Assembly (NCBI RefSeq): GCF_038025025.1
Contig: NW_027117345.1
Location: 186,001-250,000 of the forward strand
From: Phyllosticta citribraziliensis
Lineage: Eukaryota
DNA: 64,000 bases
Reading direction: 5' to 3'
A model generated the notes under the pieces. It was not told the origin of the DNA. It searched no databases and worked only from the letters and a program-made list of their open reading frames with translations. Both the position numbers and the translations under genes were made by a program. Shown here one piece after another: positions 1 to 13,053 of the stretch (position 1 is its first letter; every line of letters starts with the position of its first letter).

Positions 1-1598
1 GGCGGTTGGGCTGGCCAAAGACAAGCAATGACCACAACAACAACAACGGAAGCAGCGGGAATTACCAGCAACGCAGACTCCTCAGCCGGAGCAAAAATGC
101 CGTGCAAACGGCTTCAACTCCGAAGGCGATGGCAGACGCCGACATCAACTCGCGCCACCGTCTTCCGCGATCACCACGCCGTCGCGGACTGAGCGAGTGG
201 CCAGGAAAACAGCAGGCAGGCAGGCGATCAGGTAGGTGTTGAGGAAGCGGTGAGCAACACACAGTACAGCTGCGGTCGAATTTGACTTTACGAGGGCGCG
301 CCGACGGTCCGATCAACTGACCGGACCTTGGCTTTTCTCCCAAGCCAGCAGCGGTAGTCTGGTTAAGCACCGAGCACCGCCGCAGGTGGCAGCCAGCCTT
401 ACCGTAAACCAAGCATCAAGACCTGGATGCAGACACACCGCCCGCCCGCCCCCCGCGCCGCCCATGAATCGTGGTGGCTAGCTGAAGCCAGAGAGAGAGA
501 GGGCTGAAGGGCTGAAAAGGGAAAAAAAAAACAGAGTCAGTGTTGTTGACCCAACCCGCCCGCCTGCGCGCCGGACCGGATGGCGGGCGGTCGATCGATG
601 ACGGCACTGCCGCTGCTTTGCCTTCTCTCCCTTCCTCGCTCGCTGCATGGTCGCCATCTAGGTCACCAAGCATCGCTATACGAGAAAGATTAAGCTTGTC
701 CATGCTAACCGTCTTGTCCAGAGCAGCCCGTCCACGGCGCCGGCGCCGGGCGGCGGGCGCGAGTCGTTGAGGTGAGTGAGGCCTTGGCCGTTGCTGCGGC
801 GTGTGGACGGGATGGGCAGCTTTCGTTGTGCTGCTGCGAGGTGATTGACGATGATTTCTTCCTGTTGTCACTATCGCAACCACCCGTCGCCGCTGCGGCC
901 GGCCACGGCAGTATGAACCTAGGCATGTCTTCCTGTACTGTACGCAAAGTATGCATCAACGCATCAGCAGCCGTCGCGATTTGCGCAACTGAACCTTTCC
1001 AGCGCCGTCTCATTCGTCCATTTCCAAAATTTCCTCCGTCTATCCCGCCATTTCTTCGTCTCGTCTTGCGCCCAGGTCTCAGTGCATTGGACTGCCGTTG
1101 AACTGACCAACGGGGATGCGAAACACGCAACGAGCTCCGAAACTCTGTCTCTGAAGTGAGCAGCAGCAGAACGCAGCGCCTCTTCTCGTCATCCATCCAT
1201 CCATCCATCCACACGCACGTATGTACAGAGAGAGGATCATGTGTGCCTACCCAACCAGCGGCCATACGGCTGTCCATCCATCCGGCTGTGCATGCATGCA
1301 TCCATTGGCGCTTTGTTCGACCATTCGTTCAACATGCAACACCAAAAAGCTAAGCTCGAACCCCCTCCCTCCTTCCCTCTCACTCACTTCTCTCGGCGCG
1401 CACGCCTACAGTGCCTACCCAGTTGTGTACTTACCCCCTATCCGTTCAAGCCCTGCGTTGTCCCTACCACCAACACCGCCATCATGCATATCTCCCTGCT
1501 TTCCGGCTCCGCAGATCAAAACCATCCAACCAACCACCACCCCCTGCTTGATCGCCATGATCCCTCGCTCGCTCCCGCTGCTTTTTACCTTCTTTCTA

Positions 1599-1623
1599 CG
1601 TGCGTGCGTGCGTGCGTGCGTGC
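1599..1623. repeat. (CGTG)n microsatellite
   Basis: About six units seen directly. Confidence 0.9.
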
Positions 1624-3260
1624 CCTCCCTCCACCAGCCACCGCCCCAGCCAAACAGCCAACCAGCCCTATCCACCCACGCACCCGTCTACCCGTCTCCC
1701 TTCCTTCCTTCCTTGTCTATCCCATCCCTTCTCATACGAGCGCCACGTTACCCAGCCAGAACTGCACAAGCCAGGAAATCCAAAATCCAAAATCCAAGAA
1801 ACCAAGGAATGATGAGCCAGGATAGGGGTACGGCAGGGAGAACAATGACAGGGGCAGGGCTGGCAGCAGCAGCAGCGAACAAGGTATTGATGCGCAGTAA
1901 GTAAACAAGGTTAGCGGTTATCCAACGGCCGCGGCGATCACTATGATGATGATGCAACGGCTTGACGGACGCCTCCTCGCTCGATTGGCTTTTGGCCGGT
2001 CGGTCAGTCGGTCAGTCGGTTGGTCTCTGCTCGGTTGGTTACTGATCAGGTAGATGAACTGGCGTTGGCGTTTTGCCGCGGGTGTGGGTGCGGATGCGTA
2101 GAGCGATGATGCTGGCGGGCAGAGAGATGCTGCGGAGGTAATGAGAAGGAAGCGCCCTTTGTGGATGTGCAGCCTTGTCCGTCAGGAGACAAGGCTGTAA
2201 GGCTGCATCCAACATCTGAAAGAGAGCCAGAAGAGATATAAGACAGATCATACGAGAACAAAAACCAACATGCGGAGAAAATAAACACTGATACCGCGTG
2301 CATACCACGCTGGACAGCCCACAACAGCGTTTACATCACAGAGGGTGACGAAAGGAATCAGACTCCAGACTCTCACAGTCCATCTGCGGCTATGAACGAC
2401 AACTCCTAAGCGCAACTATACATCAGCGGTACACGAATGCCTCTTAAGCGCAGGCGTAGCAGTGAATGAGTGGTCCTTAAGGGTAATTATAGAAGCGAAT
2501 GACCGCCCCCGAGACGCACTCGTATTTCCAGGAGGTCTAGTATCTTTCGACACTCACTGTGATATGGAGAGCACCGAGGGTGTCTGTCTGTCTGTCTGGA
2601 TGCTACAACACGACGTGAAAACAAGGGACGGCAAGCAAAGGCAAAGTCTCGAGGACTCTGCCCCTTTGAGACGGACGGCAGCATTCAATTATTTGATTCC
2701 CCTGTCCCCCTCCATTTAACCACCTCGTCCGCAGAGACCCGTCATCAGTCGCCGCCGCGGCGTGGAGAAGTGGCTAGGTACAGCTCACGACACGAGTTCG
2801 CCTTCAGCAGTTGTAGACATCACGAAACAGGGAGAGAGGGAACAGTCAAGGACGACACTCCGGCTGGCCAGATAGAGGGTGCAACCGGGATGTAAAACGC
2901 AGCTAACTCAGCCTACGAAGACGTTGATCCCCCTCCCCTTCTCGCTTTCCAAGGTACTCATGATGCCAGAGCCTTTGGCTAGACAACCTACACACAGCAT
3001 GGAAAGGACTCGGGAATGAATGCTTTGCTTTGCTTTCCTTCGTTGTTGCGGACTATCAGAGTAGCCAAACGCTCAAGCAACGCAGTCAGCCAAGTGCTAA
3101 GACGACTTGACTTACCAACTCAACCCGTTCAAAGAAGCAGTTCCGCCGCCGTCCACGTCGAATAATGTGACACGCTGCGCTGGAAAAAGACAGGGTCTGG
3201 AGGCCCAAGAGACAGACGGTAGTGATACAGGGAACCGAGACAGACAACAGCGACCTTAGA

Positions 3261-3279
3261 GGGGGGGGGGGGGGGGGGG
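3261..3279 (+). repeat. Poly-G homopolymer (19 nt)
   Basis: Seen directly in the sequence. Confidence 0.95.
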
Positions 3280-3557
3280 CAAAGAGACCGCCACCAGCTC
3301 GGCTGAACCAAACCAACGCAAACCAAACCAACCAACCCCTAGCGGCAGATGGACAAACGTAGCCAAGAATAAGCGACAAACAATCAGCCGCGACTAATCC
3401 CTTTCCCCTTTCTTTTGCCCTCCTCTTCTCGCCTGCCCTGCGCTCCTGTCATGGCTTGCTCTTTTGTCCAAAGACTGGTTTTCTCGCGCTGCGCCATGCT
3501 ATGCGTGCTTTCCGCCCCTTCTCTCGACATCGAATAATGCGTCATCCACCGTCAAAG

Positions 3558-5366
3558 CTACTCCTCCCCGTCAACCTGATCCGCCCAGCTCGTGCCCTTG
3601 AGCGCCGAGATGCCGAAGCTCTCCAAGCGCGCCGGCGGCTCCGGGCGCTTCTCCTCCGTCTTCTCCTGCGCCGCCGCTGCAGTCTTGTCGCCCGCGTTGT
3701 TCAGCGCCGTGGTATCAACTTCTTTCTGTGCGGTTGAAAGATCGGCGGCGGCAGGAGTGCCATTGGTAGCCTCCTTTGAGGCCTTGGGGAAAGATAGCTG
3801 TGGCGCTGCCGCCGTGTTTTCCGTCTTAGACGACGGCGCAGCGGTAGTGCTCGCCAGGGGCAAGTCGGGGAAGTCGGCGGCCGTGGGGATGGACTGAGGC
3901 GCGGTTGTCGATGCTGCCGGTGCGTGATTGCCGCCGCCAGAAGCGCGTCGGCCTCCTCCACGGCGGCCACCGCGTCCTCCTCTCCCGCCATTGGGTTGCG
4001 ACGCATGGGGTTTGTCGTGGCTGTCTGCAGGCGCAGGTCGATGGTCGACTTCTGCTTCGCTGCCCGGCGCGCCGCGGCTCCCCACGACGCCGCCATGTGC
4101 TCCTCTCCGCGCGCCTCTGGCGCCTCTCTCCGTCCCGCCGAATCCCTCTTCCTTGTCCACGTCCCACTCGCGGCCGCTCACCGCGTTGAGCTTTCTCATC
4201 CTATTGCGCTCGCGCTCGCCCATCATGACTTGCCGGTTTTGGCGCTCGGCTTTGGCGCGCTGGGCGGCTTTGGCGGCTGCTTCTGCCTCGCGCTTTTGGT
4301 ACTGCGCGAGGTCGGCTTCGGCGCGCGCGTGGGCTGCCGTCAGGGACTCGTTTTTTAGCTTGATGGCCGTCATGCGGGCTGCGAGTTGTTCTTCGGTGAG
4401 GCGCTCCTGTGCCAGAAGTTAGTATGCCTGGACGGATGTTGGGATTGTAAAGAGAATTGAAAGTCCTGCAAAGGTGCTCACCTTCTTGATGCCTCCCGTT
4501 GCGCTTCGATCACCCCTCACCGCGCCCTCTTTCCTGACAGCTTTACCAGCAGCATCCTTCTTTTCTCCGTCTTGCCCCTCTGCCGCGACTTGCTCTCCCT
4601 CGACCTCTGCGCTTCCACTACCTTGTACATCCTCCTTTTCCTTATTCTCAGCGCCATTGGCCGGTGAACTCGGTGCATACCGCGACCCAGCCAGCCCGCC
4701 GAGCCCGCCCTGCGCTCCCCCTCGCGCGCCACCCCTCGCACCTCTGTGATTCCCACGGCCCCGTCCACGGAATCCGCCGTCTCGCGCGCCGCGTGCGCCC
4801 GCACTTGGTCCCGTGGGCGGCGGCCGTGGCACCGCGTCGACGGGGCCAGAGGAATGGTGGGTGGGCGCGCCACCACCAAGGACAGTCGGCGACGCAGCGG
4901 CAACGGCGACATCGGGCGAACTGGCCACGTCGTCGTCGACGGGGACGGGCGTCAGGTCGACTTCGACGACGGGCTCGGCGACGGGCGTGAAGTCGTCGTC
5001 AAAGAGGTCGTCATCCTCGCGCGTCTGCGCGAACTCGTCGGCCATGGGGTCGAGGTCGAGGCTGTAGACGGTGGGCGCGTCGGGGGCCGCGGCCGGCGCT
5101 GCGGCAAAGCTGCTGCTCAACGACGCGTCTGTTGCGTCTGGGGCGACACCGATTGCAGAGGTGGACGAGGGCGCGGGTTGCGGGGTCGGTTGCTCGAGGG
5201 TGTCATTCTCGGGCGCGGCGGATCCGTCACGCGCTGCGGAGCGGTCGTCGGTAGTCTCTGCGGGTTGCTCGGTGGGTGGTGGTGATGTTTGTTGGTGTTG
5301 CGGTTGCGCGGCATCGGGCTTCGCCGAGTCTGCTGCTGGCGGGGTGGCCCAACGCGACGCAAGCAT
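3558..5366 (-). CDS. Hypothetical low-complexity protein with RGG boxes and a coiled-coil segment; exons 5366-4482, 4406-3558
   Basis: ATG at 5366 (MLASRWATPP). Intron 4481-4407 (GTGAGC..CTAAC..CAG) joins ORFs 4419..5555 and 3558..4373 in frame, giving GDRSATGGIKK|ERLTEEQLAARMTAIKLKN. Acidic and RGG-rich tracts; TAG at 3558. Confidence 0.8.
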
Positions 5367-5862
5367 TGTCGTAAGGGTGTATTGAAGGCTGGCAAAGATA
5401 AATTCTGGTAATAGTTGCACGGGGCGATGCGACAGGAATGGATGGCTTGTGGTGAAAGGTGAGGGCGAGAATGCTTTAAACTTTGGTCTGGAGTCTGCAA
5501 GGATGACCGTGTGGCCAACAACCCTGCTAGGAACGGTACGGTACGTAGTTCCCAACTCGAGTCCAACGCACTACACCAACAATGCGTCTACATCACGCGA
5601 GCATTCGCTTCAAATCAGCTGCGAAAAATCCAAATGCTTAAACTACATGTATCTACGGAGACGGTTTACTGATCGTGCAAAAAGCCACCCTGTGTCGTAA
5701 CTCTAACTCTAGAAAAACCCCTTCTGTCCGACTCGCGCCGTGGTATCCCAACTTTTCGGTCGATCATTATGCTCTCATTCTGCTCGTCTTCCTAGCGCAG
5801 CGATTGTGGTATCAAAACGAAACAAGCCAAATTCAATCATCATTGGTACGACAGCACCATTT

Positions 5863-8800
5863 TTAGTGGCCCTGCAGCTTCTGGACCAGCGAAACAAGTG
5901 CGCTACGAGTTTCGTCATCCAGTTGCTCTTGAGGGGGGCCCAGCACCTTCTCAAAGACTTGCATCAGCTGGGGCGTCAGCTGCTGGATGGTGGGCTCCTG
6001 GTGCTCGTCTGTGGAAAGGTCAGCTTTGGCCATTACGGGAGACTGGACTAGACTTACAGAGCGTGACCAGCATGCGGTAAACGGGAGGGTTCTCGTCAAA
6101 GTCCTCTCTGAGAGGAAGCAACTCTACGAGACGAGGAAGAACCTGGCCGAGAGGGACGCGGCTAGGGTGCCTGACAATCATGCGGCTGATGCAGCCAGCT
6201 GCATTGTCGAGCATGCGAGCCTGCTGCTGGTCGTGGAGCATGGGCTCGAGCTTGCTGAAGATGGTGTTGTAGTTCTCGACAACGAGCTGCTCATTGTTCG
6301 ACTTCTCGCAGAGCAAGCCAGCAGCGTAGGCAGCGTTGGACCTGGTCTCGGGGTCTTCGTCCGACAGACGGTGGACGATCAGCTTCATGAGAGTGGGAGT
6401 GAACTCGGTGACGGCCCCCTTCATGTTGCCAATGCAGTCTGCGATGGAGCCGACAGCGTTGCTACGCTCAAAAGATTCTTGTCCACTGGCGTACTTCATG
6501 ACGGGCTTCTCGAAAATCTTCCAAAGCTCCGCAAAGTCCTCTCCCAAGGCAGCCGACAAACAAGTCACGCAGTCAAGTGCGACCTCAATGACAAGCCAGT
6601 CGTACTCGGACGATTCGTCGAGGATTTCCTCGATCTCATCGCCGAGATCCTGCTGACACGCGTGACGCTTGGTCAAGATGGAGATGAGGTGCTGGGTGAG
6701 CTGAGGAATGACGTTTCCGTTTTGGTTGACCAGAATGGCCGGGCCAGTGAGCTTGAGAGTAGCACCCAAGTCACGGAGAACGTCGGTCACGGTAGCCCTG
6801 TTGAACGTCAGCTTTGATCGAGCCGCGCGCGAAAATAGAATTTGGGTAGGGGTGTGATCAGAAACAGAATCGCTTTCACGTCAACCGCAACTTGTGCGTC
6901 AGAGTGAGCTGGGTAATAACGAATAGTTATCATCCTTTCAGGGGGTTAGAAAGAAAATGTGCGGGCTTACCGGTCCATCTCGTCCTCGAGAATCTCGAGA
7001 GTGGCAGTCATGGCGGCTTGACCAAGCTTGACAAGCTCTTCGGTGGGCTGGGTCTTGAGAGGAATTCCAGGCTGCCACTTGGCCATGCCGCGGCCCTCTG
7101 CCATGCCCCAGAGAGTAGCGTAGGAGCGCCAGAGCGTGCCAATGGCAGACTTGCGAACACCCTCGTAGGCGTGGTGAACCATCTTCAAAACAATGTCAAT
7201 CGTCTGCTCAAGGAAGGGCAAGAACTTTTCGCGGGTAGACGAAATGACATCGCCAACAACCTCGACGGCAATCTCCTTTTCCATGGCAACAGCGGTGACT
7301 GCGTTGAGATCATCCCAGTCGTCGTCATCCTCATCGTCTTCGTCAACGACCTCGTCGTCATCGTCTTCGCCGGCGCTCGCAACCTTGACCTTTTGGCCGG
7401 CAATCGTGACTTCCTGGCCGATGAGGTCCTTTGCGTCCTCGCCAAGAGAGACGTCGAGGTCGGTCTCATCCTGCTCGAGGCACTTGATGAGGCCTTGAAC
7501 GACACCGTTGAGGTACGGCTCAAACTCTTCCTCGTAGACCTTGGCCATTGTGCTCCAGAGAATGTAGCTCGTCTCACGCAGGCGGGGGTGGTCAAGGTTG
7601 AGGGCCTCTTCCGAAGCCGCCATAAGGTCGTTGACGTAGTCCTTGAAGGGCTGGGGGCCAACTGCGCCGGCAATCTTGCCTATCGAGTCGCAGGCGACGC
7701 CACGTAGTTCCAGCTCATCCTGACTGTCCTTGAGCTGAACAAAAGGTCCAAGAGTCTGCATGGTGGAGACGAAGAAGGGAAGGAAAGCTCCACCGGCAGC
7801 CGCGGCAACAGAGCCGGCAGCGCCAATAGAAGCAATCTGGGTCTTGTAGTCTTCGTGGTTGAAGAGCTGGTTGAATCTGGGCACGAGCTCAGTGACGTAC
7901 TTGGCCGCGTCTTCCTCCTCGAGGCCTTCAATCAACGAATCAATGGCGTTGCAGCTGCCTCTAACGATTTCAAGAGCGCGGTCCTTTTCAGGGCCTTGGG
8001 TCGCGGCCTGAGCAGCCATGTCAAGGTTCTTGACAAGAGCAGGGAAAAGGTTGGCGTGCTCCTTGGCCATCTCCTCAGCCAGGTCGTCGGCCAATCTGGC
8101 AACGCCGTTGAGCGCGGCAGCGCGGACCTTGACCTCAGGGTCCTCCAGGAGACGAAGCGCCAGGGGAAGGATTTCGCCGAGCTGAGTAGCGATAAAATCG
8201 GGAGCGCCCTCGACGCACATGCCGAGAGACAGAATACCGGCGCGCCTGAAGTCGGGGTTGCTGTTGTTGACGTAGCTTCCCATGGCGTGAAGAAGAGGCA
8301 CAATGACTTGGTTGGGAGGCAGGCTCTGGGAGAGGACATCGAGCAAGCCCAGAGCAGAGCGAGCAGGAGTAACCTCCTCGTCCTCGCTGGAGAGGTCGCC
8401 GAGTTCAGTCACAATGTGAAGCGCGGTGATGGTAAGCTTCTCGCCGAGCTTCTTGCCCTGAACCTTGAGCTTGCGGAAGCGGACACACTGCATGAGGAAT
8501 GCAAGGGCCTGGGAGCGAATGTCGTCATCGTAGTTGGTGTTGGCGCCAACCTGGTTCATAAAGTTGACCAGGTCCTCAAAGTGCTTGTTAAGCAGAGCCG
8601 ATTCGCAGCCGAGCAGGGTTTGGAAGACTTCAAAGGCCTGCATGGACTGGTCCTCGGCGCCGGCATCGATGGTGGCCTGTAGCACTGCGACCATGTGGGG
8701 GAGAATCTCCTCAAAGAGTTTCAGAGAGTGCTCATCCTCTTCAGGATCCAACAGCATGGCCACGCGGCTGAGAGCAAGCATGGTGTTGACGCGAACCTCC

Positions 8801-9381
8801 AAACTCTCCTGGTCCTGGATGGTCTTGCTGAGCAGGGTGAAGAGCTCGGCAAAGTTTTCCGAAAACATGTCACCCATGGTCTCGACCAAGGTGTAAATCA
8901 TGAAGACGGCAACTTCGCGGTGGCGCACGAATTGGCTTGCCGCAGCCTGCTGCAATGTCTGAGGCAGATCGGTCCATTGTCCATCCTCGAGGTCGATCTT
9001 GGCCATGGCGGCAATGACGCGGGCAGAAGAGTGGCGGACGAGCGTGTTCTCCTCGTTCATGGTGGACTCGAGCAGGCCATTGCGGATTTGAGGCTTCTGG
9101 TCGGCGGGGAACGGAGCCCAGTGCTTTCCGACGAGCTTCCTCGCCTCGACAGCAGCGAGCTGGCGCAGTCCCTGGGAAGACTCGGTGGAGACGAGGATCT
9201 GCAGCAGAAGAGTAAGGGACTCGGGGGACTTGTAGTAGTCCTTGTTGAGGGCAGCGGTCGCGGCCTTGACGCGCTCCGTGTCGGCTTTTGAACAGGTCAG
9301 TAAGGTTGCAGGTACTCGGGCGGCAGCAGACTTACGCTGCATCAAGCTCTCGAGGAGCTGGACGAACTGCTGGTGGTCCAT
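5863..9381 (-). CDS. KAP123: Importin beta-4 / karyopherin Kap123-like HEAT-repeat protein; exons 9381-9336, 9284-6971, 6797-6058, 6008-5863
   Basis: IBN_N-like N-terminus (PDTERVKAATAAL..LRQLAAVEARK), HEAT repeats, acidic loop, C-terminal DNAAGCISRMI and LPLREDFDEN. Three GT-AG introns keep the frame. Confidence 0.9.
6855..6940 (-). ncRNA. Intronic box C/D snoRNA, snR71/U29(SNORD29)-like
   Basis: Lies in KAP123 intron 6970-6798. Box C-like AGGAUGA at 6936-6930, guide ACCCAGCUCAC at 6914-6904, D' CUGA at 6902-6899, D CUGA at 6861-6858, and a short UGA/UCA terminal stem. The guide is complementary to conserved LSU rRNA GUGAGCUGGGU. Confidence 0.85.
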
Positions 9382-10806
9382 GTTTGCGGCAATTGACCAG
9401 ACCAGACAGCAGAAAGAAAAAGGGTATCAAAAAATGAAGAGAGGGTGTTGGAGGCCGCGAGCAAAAATAAGATGGACGCTGTGGGGGAGCGCTACCATAC
9501 TTTTTTCGAGGCGGTGGCCGCGGGCAGAAAACTGGCAGGGATCAGCGCGCAAGCCACGTGAAGGCCTGGCTTTGCATTGCTGAGTCGCGGCTCGAGAGGG
9601 AGGGAGACCATTTCAATGTTTCACATAGGATGGCAGTGCTTTGAGACTTTGGAATTGGACCACACGGTGCTGCTCTCTTGGAAGAGTGGACACATTAGGA
9701 TGTGTGGATTGACATTGAAGAGCCAGCCTCTTCTTTGGCTGCTATCTTCTGATGTTCAGTGAGCAACATCCCTTGCGTCTTCCTTCACTATTGCTGAATG
9801 TTAGGACAGTTCAACTAAGATACTGGTCCAAGTCCCTTGACTATCACGAGATCAAGTCGGAATTCAAGTTCTGACACTACAGATGGGCATGTCGAGAGAA
9901 TGCTCAAGACCCAACACCTGTCTTCACTGTCCACACTGTCAATCTGCTTCCATTGTCCGAGGAGTTACATGTGGGATTTATACGTCAATTAATTGCCCCT
10001 CCCGCTTCCACAAACCGCCACGCGAATATAAGAGATGCGGAGGGCTTGGGGTATCGGCAGTTGTATAAGCTTAAAGCTAGCACGGAATTTGGGTTTGACG
10101 CAGCAATCGAAAATTTGTGCGATCCGTTGCAGTGCTCGTCGAGGGGCGGCTTCGAAGGATCAGTGAAAGCAGTCAGGTTGGCCCCAACGTCGGAAACGAT
10201 GACGCCCGTATAGGTTGTGATATCAAACAAAGCCCCATTTCTGAGTTCTGTTTAGCCAGGTTCACACTCGGGCGAGCACTGGCAATGAAAAGCGAGGATG
10301 CCATGACGATGAATCGGACGAGGATGGGAGCGCTGTCGGTTCGTATGGGACGGCGCGTAGTCCAACGGGCGGGTGGACCGGGAGACGCGCCCTAGGTTGA
10401 GCTTCAGTGGCCAGACGACATGCTGCAGAACAAAACCGACGTGTGGAGACCAGGGACATGTCGGTCGTGGTGGCGATGTCGTCGGATGGGATGGACCTGA
10501 GGTGGTGGCTTGACGTGTGCTGAATCGCCAACCCGACAGGCGCGGCGCCCAAAAGGGTTTAGGCTGGGTCGCTCTTTCCGCCAGTACAGCAAACCAACGT
10601 CCAGGTCCCCTCCAAACATCTCTGCTGCAGCTCACGTCGTCGTGCCATATCTCGGGTCCATCTTCCTACCTCTTCTTCTACTGTCCACGCCCGCAGACTC
10701 GTCGTCATCATCTTGCTATCCCCGTTCCTCAGCCTCCGGACGCGTTCCACGACCAGCTTCACCCCCGACACCTCACCCATCCTCCGCCTTGCAGTGCTTC
10801 GCCCTC

Positions 10807-13053
10807 ATGGCCACGGTACGTGCCTCTGCCTTGGACGCGCCCCAGTCCTCCTCCCACCCGCCGCCCCCGCTGACAATCCTGCCCCTGCAGCAAGCTCCAA
10901 ACCAACCGCGCGCATACAATGCCGCATTCCTTCCCAATGGTGGCCCAGCCGCCAGCGGTCCTGTACCCGGCGCCGCTCCACTTCTCCCCAACAACGGACG
11001 CGTGATACAAACGCAGAGCTCGAGGGTCCTTTGCATCGCTGATGTGCGCGGTAAGCTGGTCCTTGGGGTGCTCCCAATCGCGCGGCAAAAAAATTGCTGA
11101 CGGCGTCACAGGAAACCTCAGGTCTTTGAATGATCTGGCGGAGCAGGCCAGAGCAGATGCTATAATCCACACGGGTGACTTTGGCTTTTACGACGAGCGT
11201 TCGCTTGATCGCATTGCCGAAAAGTTTGTTGCCCTAAAATTCATGGCAGAAGCTTCTGGCTGACCTTATTCTGCAGGACTCTCCGTCACGTTGCCCAGTA
11301 CTCTCCGCTGCTGTCATCGGCTGTCAAGAACTCCATCGCACAAACACCTACCTCGGCGCAGTCCTCTCTACGTGAACGCTACGTTCGTGAAGGTCTCAAA
11401 CTGTCCGAACTTCCCGACTTCCTCAACGGCACTTATAGCTTGAAGGTCCCGGTCTACACGGTATGGGGCGCGTGCGAAGACGTCCAGGTCCTTGAGAAGC
11501 TGCGCTCGGGCGAGTACAAGATCAACAACCTACACATCATCGATGAGGCACACTCACGCCTCGTGGAGGCTGGCGGCATCAAGCTTCGTCTGTTGGGTCT
11601 GGGCGGCGCCGTCGTCATGCACAAGCTCTTCGACAATGGTGAGGGCAGGACCACCATTGCTGGTGGGCAAGGAACAATGTGGACTACCCTTCTTCAGATG
11701 GGTGAGCTCGTCGACACTGCAAACCGAGTATACGACCCAACCGAGACACGCATCTTCGTCACCCACGCTTCTCCCGCGCGCGAAGGTCTGCTGAACCAGC
11801 TGTCGGTCACGCTCAAGGCCGACTTTTCGATTTCGGCTGGTCTTCACTTCCGCTACGGAAGCTCTTACAACGAGTTCAGCGTCAACCCGACTCTCGATCA
11901 CTACCGCGGCAAGCTGGCGGCGTCCCGTGCTTCATTCAACGACGTGTGGGAGACTGTCAAGGGTGAGGTCGAGCCTGCCGTCGCCGAGAATCCAAGCCAG
12001 CAGCAACTTCTGAAGCTCGCCTTGGACGTTGTCGAGAAGATGCCCACCATTGCCAATGGAGGCAACCCATTCGGTGGTCACGTCGGCCCCGCGACGGGCC
12101 AAATCGATGAGAGCGCCTTCAAGAACATGTGGAACTTCAATCTGGCTGACGCAGCCTATGGCTGGCTTGTCCTCGACATTGATCAGGGGAGAATTGGCAC
12201 GGAAATGCGTGCTCAGGGCTTCAACTTTGCTCACCGCGGTGGCAAAGCCAATCCCGCTCAGCCGCAGTCTGCAGCCATCGCTCCTCAACCTGGTGCGCCT
12301 ACGCAGCCCGCACAGGCTCCTGTGTCCCAGTCCGCCCAACAAGCGCGCCCAGCTCCCACTGGCCCCAACGTCAGTCAACAGACGAAACCGGGTACGCAGC
12401 CTGCTCGCTCGCCTGCGCCTGTTACCCCGAATGTCCCCATCAAGCCTGCGACGCCCAAGCCCGCAGCGACTCCCAGCAACGCAAACACTCCCTCCACCCA
12501 AGTGGCTGAGAAGCAGGCTCCGACGGATTCCAAGCAAAACGGCACGGCCGCCACCGAGAAACCTGCCGAGTCCAGCACGCAAAAACCCGAACCTACCCCC
12601 CGGCCGCCGATCCACGGTCTATTCATCACAAACGCGGGTACTGAAGAGGACGCCAAGAACCTTCTCGCTGAGGAGGACAGGTCCAAGATTACGCGCTTCG
12701 ACAAGGCCAAGGGCCCAAGCGGCGGGCTCACTGCTCACTTTGACCCGTCAGAGGACCTGCAAGCCATTCTGAACCGCATGGACCCCGAATACACAAGCGC
12801 AAAGCCTAACAAGCCTTTTGCGCGCATCTTCAGACGCCCGAACCAAAGCACCTGGGCTCCCAAGGGCGGTGTTCAGGGCAGTGGCTACCGCAGCGGCGGT
12901 GCCAGCGACAGCGAAGGCGGCCGTGGCCGTGGAGGCTTCCGGGGAGGCCGCGGTGGTCGAGGAGGTGAAAGGGGTCGCGGTCGCGGCCGTGGCTTCAACA
13001 GAGACGGACCGAGTGGCTCTCCTGCCGCGGCTCCTGCTGGTGGCGACTCTTAG
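10807..13053 (+). CDS. Metallophosphoesterase-like DUF2433 protein with P/Q-rich linker and C-terminal RGG tail; exons 10807-10815, 10891-11050, 11112-11223, 11277-13053
   Basis: RVLCIADVRG|NL and IIHTGDFGFYD calcineurin-like motifs, plus SAGLHFRYGSSYNEF. Three canonical introns keep the frame. Confidence 0.85.

Noticed and set aside
1943..2045. ATGATGA ... CTGA pair resembling a C/D snoRNA
   Set aside because: The C-like box is part of an (ATG)n repeat, the interior is (GGTCAGTC)-type simple repeat, and I found no rRNA-complementary guide.
1..3500. Many overlapping 60-230 aa ORFs
   Set aside because: They are low-complexity and driven by simple repeats, with no domain or consistent codon bias. 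This may be the regulatory or UTR region of a gene outside the window.
5987..9291. Long + strand ORFs (276, 271, 275 and 198 aa)
   Set aside because: These are antisense shadows of KAP123 caused by GC-rich codon bias. The same applies to shadow ORFs over NCR1, panB, DOA4, VPS27 and the 316-aa ORF.
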